Shown here piece by piece: positions 1 to 11,310 of a stretch of DNA of 27,931 nucleotides. This DNA comes from Tubiluchus corallicola (taxonomy: Eukaryota > Animalia > Priapulida). Each line of letters begins with the position of its first letter. Position 1 is the stretch's first letter. The notes beneath the pieces are model-generated. The model did not search any database, was not told where the DNA came from, and saw nothing but the letters and a program-made list of their open reading frames with translations. The DNA lies in contig JAQGDQ010001723.1 in assembly GCA_030141605.1 (NCBI GenBank), positions 1 through 27,931 on the forward strand, given 5' to 3'. Both the position numbers and the translations under genes were made by a program.

Positions 1-852
1 GTGTTTAGTTACTTGCAATACCCTGTGCTGATTCTTCTTTTTTTGAACTTGTGAAGTTAGTGTGTTTAGTTACTTGCAATGCCCAGTACTGATTCTTCTT
101 TTTCTTGAACTTGTGAAGTTAGTGTGTTTAGTTACTTGCAATACCCAGTGCTGATTCTTCTTTTTTTGAACTTGTGAAGTTAGTGTGTTTAGTTACTTGC
201 AATACCCAGTACTGATTCTTCTTTTTTTTGAACTTGTGAAGTTAGTGTGTTTAGTTACTTGCAATACCCAGTACTGATTCTTCTTTTTTTGAACTTGTGA
301 AGTTAGTGTGTTTAGTTACTTGCAATACCCAGTACTGATTCTTCTTTTTTTGAAATTTGCGAAGTTGGTGTGTTTAGTTACTTGCAATACCCAGTACTGA
401 TTCTTCTTTTTCTTGAACTTGTGAAGTTAGTGTGTTTAGTTACTTGCAATACCCAGTACTGATTCTTCTTTTTTTGAACTTGTGAAGTTAGTGTGTTTAG
501 TTACTTGCAATACCCAGTACAGATTCTTCTTTTTTTGAACTTGTGAAGTTAGTGTGTTTAGTTACTTGCAATACCCAGTACTGATTCTTCTTTTTTTGAA
601 CTTGTGAAATTGGTGTGTTTAGTTACTTGCAATACTCAGTACTGATTCTTCTTTTTTTGAACTTGTGAAGTTAGTGTGTTTAGTTACTTGCAATACCCAG
701 TACTGATTCTTCTTTTTTTGAAATTTGCGAAGTTGGTGTGTTTAGTTACTTGCAATGCCCAGTACTGATTGTTTTTTGAACTTGTAAAGTTAGTGTGTTT
801 AGTCACTTGCAATATCCTGTACTGATTCTTCTTTTTTTATTTGGAACTTGTG
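1..852. repeat. Tandem minisatellite, 61-62 bp unit, about 14 copies, runs off the window start
   Basis: Unit GTGTTTAGTTACTTGCAATACCCAGTACTGATTCTTCT(n)GAACTTGTGAAGTTAGT starts at 1, 62, 124, 185, 247, 308 and onward. Length varies in the T-run, so it is non-coding. Confidence 0.97.
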
Positions 853-1559
853 TCACAGTCGTGTTTGACACGTCACATTTTGATACTTGAAAGGTTGATA
901 CGTGATATAAAGTTTTAAGTTCAGGACACGCTTGGCCTACAGCACAGTAGTATTGGCGTGTGTATTACTTAAGTTGGTATGCCTCGGTTGTTGGGTCCTG
1001 GATACAGAGCACACACTTTGATCGAAAAAGTTTTACCTTCGTTATCGACGTTTTTCAAACAGCGTTTTTCCAGTGTTATTCGGAAATGCATATTAGTTTT
1101 GTCAAATTGTGTTACCCCAAGATTGATCGTGATCGTAGTACTTTAATTTCACGCTTTGCAAAATAAATGCAAATTCTAAATCAGCATGGGTATTATCATA
1201 TTTTGCCAATGAGTGTTTTTTTTAATAAACACTGTTTATTTTTTCAATCTTTATGTCTTGAAATTGGCGTTACTGCAATATTTTAATAATTATAAAGTTT
1301 GTGACTGTATTTTTTGCTGTGACTTGCTAAGCCACTTAGATGGGTCTTGCTATGCATCTTGCCTATATCCTTCGTTACATTTCAATGTGACCACTTTGAA
1401 TAAATGTTAAGCACTGTCCAGGGGTCTGGTGGTTATGGCTGACCGAACATGTTAGCTAAATACCTTTACCATTCAGCCTGTATGGGGAAACTATTAGTTT
1501 ACTTGCATTTGCACCACGTTTTCTTTATGAATTTAGAACTAAGTCCCATCATACATACA

Positions 1560-3655
1560 ATGCATGTCCACAGTCTAACGTATTTATAATGTTTACTTCA
1601 AATATTATTTTCTTTTTAGTAGTTACGAATTTTATAATTACCCTGGTGATGGATATCCATTATAACCCCGGCCCTTTAAACAAGCTTTTTTCTTTTTTCC
1701 ATGCTAATGTCAGAATGTTTGTTAGCAAACAATGAATCGTTTAAACTCGACGAATTGAAGTTAATTTCAAATTCGATATTTTAGGGCTTACTGAAACATG
1801 GTTGTGCCCTTTAGTGAACATCTCGGTGATATTAATCCCTGGTTTCCATGCCCTTTTCCGTAAGTGGGGGGGGGGGGGGGGGGTGGTAGCTTTTTACGCC
1901 TCGGTTAATATAACCTTCACACCAAGAATGCATATAGTTTTTAATATTAACTTTGAATTCATGTGGTTTAAAATTAATCTTACAAACTTAATTTTATATA
2001 TTTGTGTCTGTTGCCATTCTTTTACTCAAGATGCTCTTACCGAGGATGAGATTACAAATCAGTTACAATTGTCTCACAATATGCTAATTAGCAGCTTATC
2101 AAACGTTCACTATGCAATCATACATTAACGCCAAGTGTGCAATATGGTACCCTCCTGATGGGGAAAATCGTTTTGGTTCCAAATTATATATGCATTTACT
2201 TTTCAGAATCAATTTTCACAGTTAGTAGCACATCCTACCCGTGTTTCAGTTGTGTCTTGCTCTTTGATTGACCTTATTTTAACTGATGCTACCGGTTTAA
2301 TAAGAGAGAGTGATGTCATGTTACCAATATATACAGCTGATCGTAACTCTATTTATAGTGAAATGCTTATAAAACATCTTCCGACTGCAGCTTCCTACCA
2401 AAGAAAAATTTTCTATTATAATAGAGCAGACTGGCGTGGTTTAAATCAAGCTATTCATGCTGCTAATTGGAATTTACTTTTTGCAAATGAAACTGTTGAT
2501 TCTGTTTGTGCTAATTTTATTACTAATTTGTCAAATTTGATGGATGACTATGTGCCACATAGAACCGTAACCATTCAGCTTTGGGACAAGTTGTTGTAAT
2601 GTATACGCTCAAACCAAAGTTGCGTTCCCATATCTATGTTAGTTTATTCTGCAAAATACAAATTTTCTGTAGCCTACAATTACTACATCCACAAACTACT
2701 TAAATAAGTGCTAGAAAATAAGTGCTACAGATTACTACGTTACACTAAAAAGCTAAAATGCATACATACATTGTTGGTCCAATATTGAGTCGAGAAGAAG
2801 CCAGAATGTCAGTAAAAGTCAAATTTTAAATGTAACAGAGACGTGTGTACTTAGCAAGTTTCACCTATACATTGTCATAGTAGAGAAAGTAGTCTAGCTT
2901 GTTGAACTACAGTCTAACATATTGTTGCTTCTAATGCACATACTACCTTGAGAAGGGATAACGGACCAAAACATTTGTACCTGCCACAGTTGTGGATGAA
3001 CAGCTATGTCAGAAAATAAAAAAAGCTAAAGAAAAAACACGTAAATAGTACAAACTTCTGAATCTTGGGAGAAATACAAGTGATGTAGGAATGCTTATAG
3101 GAATTCTTTAAAAAACGCCAAATCTGAAGAAAATATCAAGAAAATATAAAGACTATATGAATAAATAAATACTAAATTACTCGATCCGCAAACCTGCCCC
3201 AAAGTCTGGTGGAACAGTGTCAAATAATTTTTGAAAGCAAACATGACTTTAGTATTCCAACACTTAAAGTTAACAACTGTATTATAGCTGATACCAAGCT
3301 CAAATGTAGTATATTAACAAATTTTTGCTAATAGTGTAAATAGATTTTGTAGTGTAAATGGCGGTAATGCTGTACGTCCTCATTTCTCTTTGGTCACTGA
3401 TAGTGTTTTGTCAACTGCTGACCTGTCTGACTATATAGTTACTAATTTCATGAAATGTGTAAAAGTTGGTAAATCAACAGGGCCCGGCCCGATCGCATAA
3501 GTAACATTGTTTTGCGTTATTATTTAAAATACCTGCTAACAATGGATTTTTTTCCCGTCAGTATGGAAAACAGCAAATTTTAGTCCGGCATTTAAAAAAG
3601 GTGATAGAGAACTGGCTACTAATTATATGCAAATTTCTCCACTATCCTCTGTTTC
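1560..3655 (+). mobile_element. Decayed non-LTR retrotransposon (CR1/L2-group LINE) ORF2: APE endonuclease, linker and start of RT
   Basis: Frameshifted motifs occur in the expected order: FFHANVR, LLANNESFKLDELKL, FDILGLTETWL, GGGVAFY, SLIDLILTD, YNRADWRGL, DKLWMNSYVRK (once the nested insert is removed), PKVWWNSVK, IPTLKVNN, KSTGP, WKTANF, FKKGDR. Many stops and frameshifts. Ends approximate; clade is inferred. Confidence 0.88.
2595..2988 (-). mobile_element. Solo-LTR-like insertion (394 bp) nested in the LINE
   Basis: Termini are TGT...ACA with a perfect 5-bp target-site duplication GTTGT (2590-2594 and 2989-2993). Removing it restores the LINE codons D-K-L-W-M-N. AATAAA lies on the - strand at 2643-2648, about 50 bp from the - strand 3' end. 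Confidence 0.75.
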
Positions 3656-4049
3656 AGACTGTTGCGAGAGAAGTTGCCAGACGGTTCACATGTTACAATT
3701 TTACTTTCAGAGAGAAGTTGCGACGTAGTCTGAAGGCGTCATAACTGTTACTATGGAGATATGGAGATTTTGCTGCCATCTACAGTCTGAAAGTTATCGA
3801 TTATAAACGTTGCATAGTTACACTTATGTAAACGCATAACAGTTGCTACTGTTTGCTTCGTTGCGGCTCACAGCAAAAGACCAACAAAAAGTATCATCAA
3901 AACTTCCATGTATAACAGCCAGAAAATCGATATCTAAAGCTTGAATTTACAAATTTAAGTGAAACACTCAAACTTTGTTAACGGCTTGGACACATTATTT
4001 TAGGGTACGCCACGTGTTAGCGAGCTTAATTTCATATAAACGATACATA

Positions 4050-4179
4050 ATGGAACCTAATCGGAGGTTAAAAAACATAATTTTTATTCCGCCCGGACCA
4101 GAAGGAACTGTGAAGCAATTTATAGATCATAGTCCAGAAGACGATGCAAGAAAACTGCACTGGGCAGTAACAGGACCTG
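4050..4179 (+). CDS. Annexin coding exon 1
   Basis: MEPNRRLKNIIFIPPGPEGTVKQFIDHSPEDDARKLHWAVTGP; donor G|GTGAGT. Confidence 0.88.
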
Positions 4180-7100
4180 GTGAGTTCTTTATTGCATGTG
4201 AATATACCCTAATCTCTAGGTAAAAATTAAAATTATAGCAGACAGACAGAAATACAGACAATTCAGGAGAGTCAGTAACAGATATGGGGATCGGTGATCA
4301 GGCAGTCAGGTAACAAAGAAAAAAAGAGTGAGTGAGTGAGGGAGAGAGAGAGAGGGAGAGAGAGAGAGAGAGAGAGAGTGAGTGAGGGAGAGAAAGAAGA
4401 AACAGAACTATAGCAATAAAATAATAATTAATATGAATTGGTGAATTTATAGGAACTGATGAAGCCACAGTTGTTTCGATACTGTCAAAAAGGACCATCT
4501 GGCAATTAGAGCTAGTGCAGGAAGCTTTCGGTCGGCAGTATGACATGGTAGGTGACAGCACTATACTTGTGTGTGCAATGGCTGGTACAAGTGACATAAA
4601 TTCATTATTTAATGGTTTATTTCTTGGTTATTCAACCCACTTTGCAAAAATGTAATACATCGTATATATTAATTTCGGTGTTATGGGGTTTATATATTTG
4701 TTTATATATAAAATTCAAGTCTACAGTTCCAATGAGGGCACCATTTTCGAAGATCTTAATTGTCAACCGACAGGTCTAGCGTCTGTCTCATTTGGTACAC
4801 TACGGCCCATGTTTTTCGAATCTGGCCTATGAGGGCAAAAAACTCCAAAACACGCTTTTTTGCAAAAATTTGTAAAACTTATACGTCTTATTTCTGGTGA
4901 ACGGGAATGGGCCATGGGTGGCGTTGGTAACAGTTTGACAGCCCATTCAATGGTGGATAAATCTGGCATGCTTAGAATTTGCGCTTGGGCCATGGTGACT
5001 CTTGACGGGCGTTTTTCCGGAACCAAGTCCCGATTTTTTCCAATTTTTTATCAAACAGCCTATAGCAAAAACATAGTAGTGGTGCTTGGCGGGACTCTCG
5101 GGGAAGGAGATATATTACAAGATGGTGTGGGTCGCAGTTTAGGACGCCTCCACCAAGAGGTGCACCTACGAGTTTATTGGGGGTTTCATTTCGGAAGATT
5201 ATCACTTAGAAAGCTGCTGTCATATAGCTATTGCTCAGACGTTATCCATTATACTCTATCAATAATTTGGTTGAATTTAACTTTAAAACCTGCTTTGATA
5301 ATATAAGTTTTATGATGTTAATCTGTAATCGAAAGGAGCGTACTGTACTGTGTATATTATATTACTGTACAATAATGGCGTTGTATGTAGAATATTATTA
5401 ACATTATTATTACTGTTGTGTGAAATTGTGTTTCTAGTTCTTGTAAAGGTCATACTAGCTCTTCTCAAAACTACAAATTTTATTTCCTTTCACCTTCTTT
5501 TTAAATTTGCTTTATTTAGATATTTAATTTTGATGGAAACTACTTACAGATGAAAACAATGATTATCAGATGGTTTTACAGATGATTATCAACAAACAAA
5601 CAACCTTACGTCATTATTTATCTGCCATGTTAACCAGTGTCCAAATTAACCTAATTTGTTGCCAAATAAAGGGCAGCTGAATTGATGACTTTTTATGTCA
5701 GTTCGCTACCATATCTCTGACTTTAGATTTACTTTATTAACAGTGTTTATTACTCAAATTATGTTTGTATATTTTTATTATATGTATACATTTCTGAAAT
5801 ATTATAGACAACAATGAACTTGATTTGATTTGATGTAGCCAAAAATTGGTAACCAGACCTGAGCGAGTGAAGAATATCAGTTTTCACTCTTGTCTTTTCA
5901 GAACTCTTGCTCCGATTCTATGTTGCCTCTGTAGGTAAAATTTTGTGATGCATTTTCACTTGTAAATTGTCGCAGAACAATCGTAGGTTAACTTTATCTT
6001 GAGTATAGAAAAGAACCATTATCGTTTACAGAATTACATACTAAATGAGATTGACCTCCATTTCAGGCGTGCCTAGCGACGATAATAGAAGATTTTGACG
6101 AACCAGTTGAATGGAGAATGAGAATGCTCATCAATTGCCGGATGATGAAACCACATGAACGAGATGCAATGTTCATTACATGGGCACTTGACGTACGTTA
6201 ACGAGATTATGCATTTAACAGCCAAGTACATGTAAGCCAAACTAGCAAAACACAGCCAAGTTAGCACATTTAGCAAGATTCAAAAGTCCAATTTTGCTCT
6301 GGAGCAAGGGGACTTTGGAAGAGTTGTGGCAGCTCACTAATTTTGTTCCTGGACATGAGTGTATTCCCCGTGTCTTGACATTTGAGACAGCCTGACCTGA
6401 TAACAGAGATATTATAGGCCTACATTTTCCCAACAATCTATTTTCTTTGTCGAATGTTAAAGTTTCTGATCGTCCTGTTCGCACAAGAAGCCAAAATCAC
6501 CATCATATTTGACATGCACGTTACACATATTGCTTTTAATTTTCATAACTTTCATGTCAAATGCATTTTGTGTGTAGCCAATGTTTGGCTGATATTTTAC
6601 TGCCCAAATATCTTTGGATTTTTTCATTACTCAGTTTGTTTGTATAGGGTGCAGGCACGGATGAGATGGCATTGGTTGAGATCTTGGCCACAAGATCTCC
6701 TGAAGAACTAGAGTCTATTTATGCACTGTTCGGTACGTGTATTCCTATAACTTCCAGACTTTCAGGGGGTCCTTAATACCACAAAAATATAATTATTACT
6801 AATTACCGAGGAAATTTATAAGTAGGTCGAAATAGTCCTAGTAAAGTTGTACATAGAAGAAATTGCAACAGGATTTTTCTATTCAAATTCTCTTAAAATA
6901 TGGTCTCAGGCACAGTGAATAACATTTGCAAAAATCAGCCTTAGTACATTTGACATTATATGCCTAACTCGAAGAAATTTGAGCTCCTAGACGAAAATTA
7001 TTTACTGGTTGACTAACAGCAAAGTGAACATGTGGATTTCAAAAATGCTGACATTTTGTAAGTATGATCTCTATATGACGTCACAATGCCATCATTTCGT

Positions 7101-10100
7101 CATTAAAACACTTCTTTGTTGTTGTTAAAAGTGGGTTACTGTATTAAATATGTCAGTACCAACACTGGTATTTACACTCAACGTCAGTGATTTCCTCTTC
7201 ATCTAGATTGTGACTACCAGGACCAAAGATCATTTGTACCTCCTAAACCATTGTGTTAATGGTTGATAGGAAAGTGCACCACATAAACAAAAAAGCATAA
7301 AATATTGAGCCTAAGCCTAAGGTATTCTTAAAGCTACATGGAAACTACAAAAAGTGGAAACAATGTACATAAGTAGCTCGATAACTCAAGACATGTACAT
7401 TGAAAATATCATATTAAAACCATAAAATTGAATTGCCTATCTAAAAAATGTCCACATGCACCACAAAGGCCCTCTAGGCCACAGATTCAAGACAGTCAGT
7501 TTCTAAAAAAGGATCTCGTAGTATCCCCGTAGTTCACATATGTGGTTCTGAAAAATAGCGTCTTGAATAATTCCGAAATTGTGTGATGAGAGTGGCATTG
7601 ATGTTTCAATGTGGTAGATCTATTAGCATTCAAATGTCCATCAGTTTTTCAGTGCTAGCCATTTTTCTTGAGTTTACTATTCATATATTGATCTATTAAT
7701 ATGTTTATCTATTCATCTACCGTCTATTCATCATAATGCATTGTGCAGTTTTCAGATGTGCTTTAGTGCATTTTATCTACTTAACTGACACCGGCATGGA
7801 ATAATCATTGTTTTTACATTTATTTAGGTGGAAAGGAGAAGTTTAAAGATCGTATTAAAAACGACGTAGACTCATCTTCACCATTTTATCAGTTACTGTC
7901 GTATTTCATTGATGTACGTACGAGTCATAATTCTTATAGGTTGAGCCCATGTTTATGCATTATGTTTGAATCTTTAAAACGCACTTGTGCTTGAATGTCC
8001 TGAAATGCATTGCATGTCTCGTCTTTTTTTGGCCTAATAGGATAATGATTAGAAAATTTGCGTGAGCAGACAACACACGACTTAAAACAAATGCTGATTA
8101 AAATGGTTTCCAAGGTTTTCACTGAGAGAGTACTAAAGCTGTTCTGCCCTAGCCAAGTTCAATTACTCCTAAAAACACCGCTTTAGTTTTTCTTCCGTCC
8201 ATATTGTTTGTATATGCAAACTTTGATTGTAGGTGAAAGATGAAAGTCTACATCAAACGTTTTTCAGTGTAAAAATTTCTTTGTTTGCAGCCCCCTTTGG
8301 AGATCGATCGTGGGTTGGAAGCTGATAGCACATATTTTGTCTACACTTGGCAGATAGCAAAGTTGGGTACATTATTTCCCTCCAGAAGCCTCTACCGAGT
8401 ACGCCAACTTATCCTCGAATGGGAAGAGGTCTACAGGCGCCCATTCGAGGACGAAATTAATAAACATACTGAGCTTACCTGGTTATACCAGCAAACATAT
8501 TTGGATATGAGTAAGTATGTAGAAACGAGAAGACAGTGTTTTGACATTAATGTCAAGTGCTTGCATATATGCTGTTTACATTAAAAGGAATTTTTGATTA
8601 TTTTCACTTTAAATCTCTCGTAATGCCGTTCCAAAGTCGCCATTACATGACATCACCTACAGAAACGTAAATCAGGGGAAGAAAAGGAAATGCTAAATAT
8701 ATATTACTTACTCTAATACTATATTACTACATTTTGCTTACCTGCTGGAAAGAATTGTGTTTCTAGAAATAATAACTTAAAATCTTAGTGCCAATTTGTA
8801 AAATGTCACTGGCTCACCCTCCAGAGTGTGTCACTCACTAACCAAATCCTATTTTTAATCTTATAGAAAAGACACAGTAATTTAAATATATACACACTTT
8901 GTAACATGTGAGCTGCGAGTGTGCTGATTATTTTTTCAAACTTCCCACAATTTTATGTAAATTTGTCAAAATGGCTGCGCATAACGATCATTGGAATAGT
9001 TTAAATTTGCAAGTTTTATCAGCGTTACTGCAAATGCAAGACCTGCATGTAAAAATATAATACATCAGTGGTATAAAATTTCAAGATGGTTTTTTCAAGT
9101 TTTATGTGAGTAGAGGGTTTTCTCGTGCTTCGAGTGACATAGCAACCATACACCTTACTTTGTTTTTCAAGACAATGTTAAACTGTTTTCTAGATGCAGT
9201 TCAATATTATCTCGAATAACTTATCTTATTCAGTTATTAAAACACCTATATTAGCAATACAGCAGTGCATTCTTTCATTTAGCTAAACTAGCTGAATGAC
9301 ACAATTATAACAAGTATTTGAATTTATTACTCAGAGTATAATAATAATATCGAACGCATAATCAATCGTTACAAGTCGGAAAATCCATACATTACTTTTA
9401 CTTATGCAAATTTAATTTTGTAGTTCAAATTGCCAAAGACCAACACGATTATTGGGCCAGACGAGTTTATGATTCCGTACATGGACCATCCACGAATGAC
9501 ACTCAGCTAATCCGCGTTATTTGCACCTGCTGTGAAGAGAACATGGTGAACGTAAAGGAAGCATTTAAAAAGAATTATGGGTTAACTTTGGAAGCAGCTG
9601 TTGAGGTATGTAGACTCTTTGCAAGAATGGGCTCAAATATCATTAAGAATACATTCAAACCTTGCTATGCTATCTATTTCGTTGAGCACTCTGCATGAAT
9701 TGGTCTAACATATTCACGATGGATTCTAGCTAATGTACAGGCATAATGTAAATAAAACGCGATATTCTAAATAGCCAAGGGTGTATTCTTTTTGACTAAA
9801 GCTAAGCAACACTGAGGCTGTCCTTAGTGGCTTAGTTTACCAGTAGTTGTGTAAATGTGACGGGGCAGTTCGTGCTAACTGCGGAATCTAGTTAAGACTG
9901 CTCGGAACGTTAGTTTGTCAAGATTAGCTACAAATATTGGCTGTAAGTTGAGCTTAGACTTTCCTTATTTTTACAATTTAAACTTGAAAAACAAGAGAGA
10001 GGAAGAGGAGCGAGGGAGAGAAGATAAATAGAGTTAGAGAGAGAGGGAGAGGGAGAAGAAGAGGGAGAGAGAGAGCAAAAAGAGTAATACCCATTTTCTC

Positions 10101-10162
10101 GGTTACAGGATGATACTTCAGGCTACTACAGAGATTTCCTGATGAATTTAATCAACGGATGA
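4050..10162 (+). CDS. Annexin (four-repeat core, divergent), 8 coding exons, 325 aa
   Basis: join(4050-4179,4453-4547,6067-6192,6648-6732,7828-7913,8291-8510,9424-9605,10109-10162) = 978 nt, all introns GT-AG with matching phases. Motifs: GTVK..DARKLHWAVTGPGTDE, WALDGAGTDEMALVEILATRS, YWARRVYDSVHGPSTNDTQLIRV, EDDTSGYYRDFLMNL*. The start ATG is inferred; an acceptor-like site at 4003 may mean an upstream exon exists. Confidence 0.93.
4328..4400. repeat. (GA)n/(GAGT)n microsatellite in annexin intron 1
   Basis: Directly visible. Confidence 0.9.
4453..4547 (+). CDS. Annexin coding exon 2
   Basis: TTTATAG acceptor; GTDEATVVSILSKRTIWQLELVQEAFGRQYDM; donor GTAGGT. Confidence 0.92.
4657..5235. mobile_element. 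Dispersed non-autonomous repeat in annexin intron 2, homologous to 15503-15816
   Basis: Collinear shared blocks ATCGTATATATTAA, TA-rich tract, CTACAG..GCACCATTT, TTTTTCGAATC, GGGCAAAAA, TATACG, GGCCATGGG, GCCCATTCA..GGTGG. Class uncertain; ends approximate. Confidence 0.65.
6067..6192 (+). CDS. Annexin coding exon 3
   Basis: TTTCAG acceptor; ACLATIIEDFDEPVEWRMRMLINCRMMKPHERDAMFITWALD; donor GTACGT. Confidence 0.88.
6648..6732 (+). CDS. Annexin coding exon 4
   Basis: TGTATAG acceptor; GAGTDEMALVEILATRSPEELESIYALF; donor G|GTACGT. Confidence 0.93.
7828..7913 (+). CDS. Annexin coding exon 5
   Basis: TATTTAG acceptor; GGKEKFKDRIKNDVDSSSPFYQLLSYFID; donor GTACGT. Confidence 0.85.
8291..8510 (+). 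CDS. Annexin coding exon 6 (degenerate repeat III)
   Basis: TTTGCAG acceptor; PPLEIDRG...LGTLFPSRSLYRVRQLILEWEEVYRRPFEDEINKH...YLDM; donor A|GTAAGT. Confidence 0.88.
9424..9605 (+). CDS. Annexin coding exon 7 (repeat IV)
   Basis: TTTTGTAG acceptor; IQIAKDQHDYWARRVYDSVHGPSTNDTQLIRVICTCCEENMVNVKEAFKKNYGLTLEAAVE; donor GTATGT. Confidence 0.93.
9813..10083 (+). repeat. Duplicated block with GA-rich tail, copy 1 (annexin intron 7)
   Basis: Collinear with 11311-11660: CTTAGTGGCTT, GTGACGGGGC, TAACTGCGGAAT, GTTAGTT..TCAAGA.TAGCTA.AAATATT, ACTTTCCTTA, then a (GA)-rich tail. Confidence 0.8.
10109..10162 (+). CDS. Annexin terminal coding exon 8
   Basis: GTTACAG acceptor; DDTSGYYRDFLMNLING*. Confidence 0.93.
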   Translation, partial: DDTSGYYRDFLMNLING

Positions 10163-10315
10163 TGCAATGTACCAACATCAACAGCCACAACAACAACAAG
10201 TTTTAATTATCTCGTACAAAAAAAGATAACTTTTCTGCAGATTTTATCATATATACGAAGACTAAATACGAGTTTTTCTACAACTTCACAATGTTAACTA
10301 CATATGAGTGTAGAA

Positions 10316-10321
10316 AATAAA
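10316..10321 (+). terminator. Candidate polyadenylation signal of the annexin
   Basis: First AATAAA after the stop codon; further copies at about 10425-10465. Confidence 0.45.
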
Positions 10322-11310
10322 TTGCTTTACTTCATTTTACCAATAGCTATATTTTACAATGCCACATGAAACATTTTCTTATTTGAAGATTCATTTTAAC
10401 TTTTTTTGCAATTTAATATTTCTAATAATAAAAAATAATTTCTGTTAATGAAAAATAATAAAAAATGTATTTTTATAGTGGATAGCCTTTTGTTTAACTC
10501 GTGCCCTCCTCTGATATGACATGCTCCACATCTATTACTTCAAAATCACAGTAGGACATACCTAAGGAATTCTTCTTCTTGCAGTCTCTTTACAAGCCTA
10601 ACATGCTTCATCAGGAGTGAGCTTGCCCATTAATTTTACTGGCCGTTTTTTGGTCATTTCCAACACGACAATGAGCACCTTTGTGTTGTTTACAGTACAC
10701 AATTTATTTATGTAATAAAAATCATAACACAAATATCTCCTAAACATTAAAAAGCAATTTTTAAACAAGCCATTTTACTATAATTAGGTACATGCAATTA
10801 GTTATCATTTAGATAACAAAACATTTTTTAATGAAATCTGTTATTCTGCAACGAGCAAAAGTACTTAAATATACGTGATGAACATTTTGGAATAAATACA
10901 AATGTTTAACAGCGAATCGTTTTACATAGTTGTATTAGATGTATTATTTACAATCATACGTGTATATGTCACAGAGCTTACGTTTGTAGACTTACAGCGA
11001 TGCGATTTTAGAGAAACATTGTTTGTAGATGTGTGTGATTTCAGTCTATTGCACTAAGTTGCTAATTACAACAGCAGATTTTAATATGAGCAGTTGTACT
11101 TCGTGGCTTAGCATACTGAATGACCGCAGTCATATTTGTCATCAAAAATGAAATATTTTGTTTAACATGCTCTTCAAAATTGCTTTAAATTATTTTGTTC
11201 AACTATATACAGACCCAATACACAGATATCTTTATACTCATTTTGACACTCGCAACCTCTAAACAACTATTCGTGACACTTGCACTTTTACTACAATGAT
11301 TATAACGATT

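Noticed and set aside
4763-5306. Overlapping ORFs of 77-148 aa inside annexin intron 2
   Set aside because: They lie in a dispersed GC-richer repeat, have no recognisable domain, and the frame is not evidently kept in the second copy.
5805-5835. (ATTTG)n-like LINE 3' tail; similar word on the - strand near 24775-24805
   Set aside because: Too short, with no adjoining RT-coding sequence recognisable.
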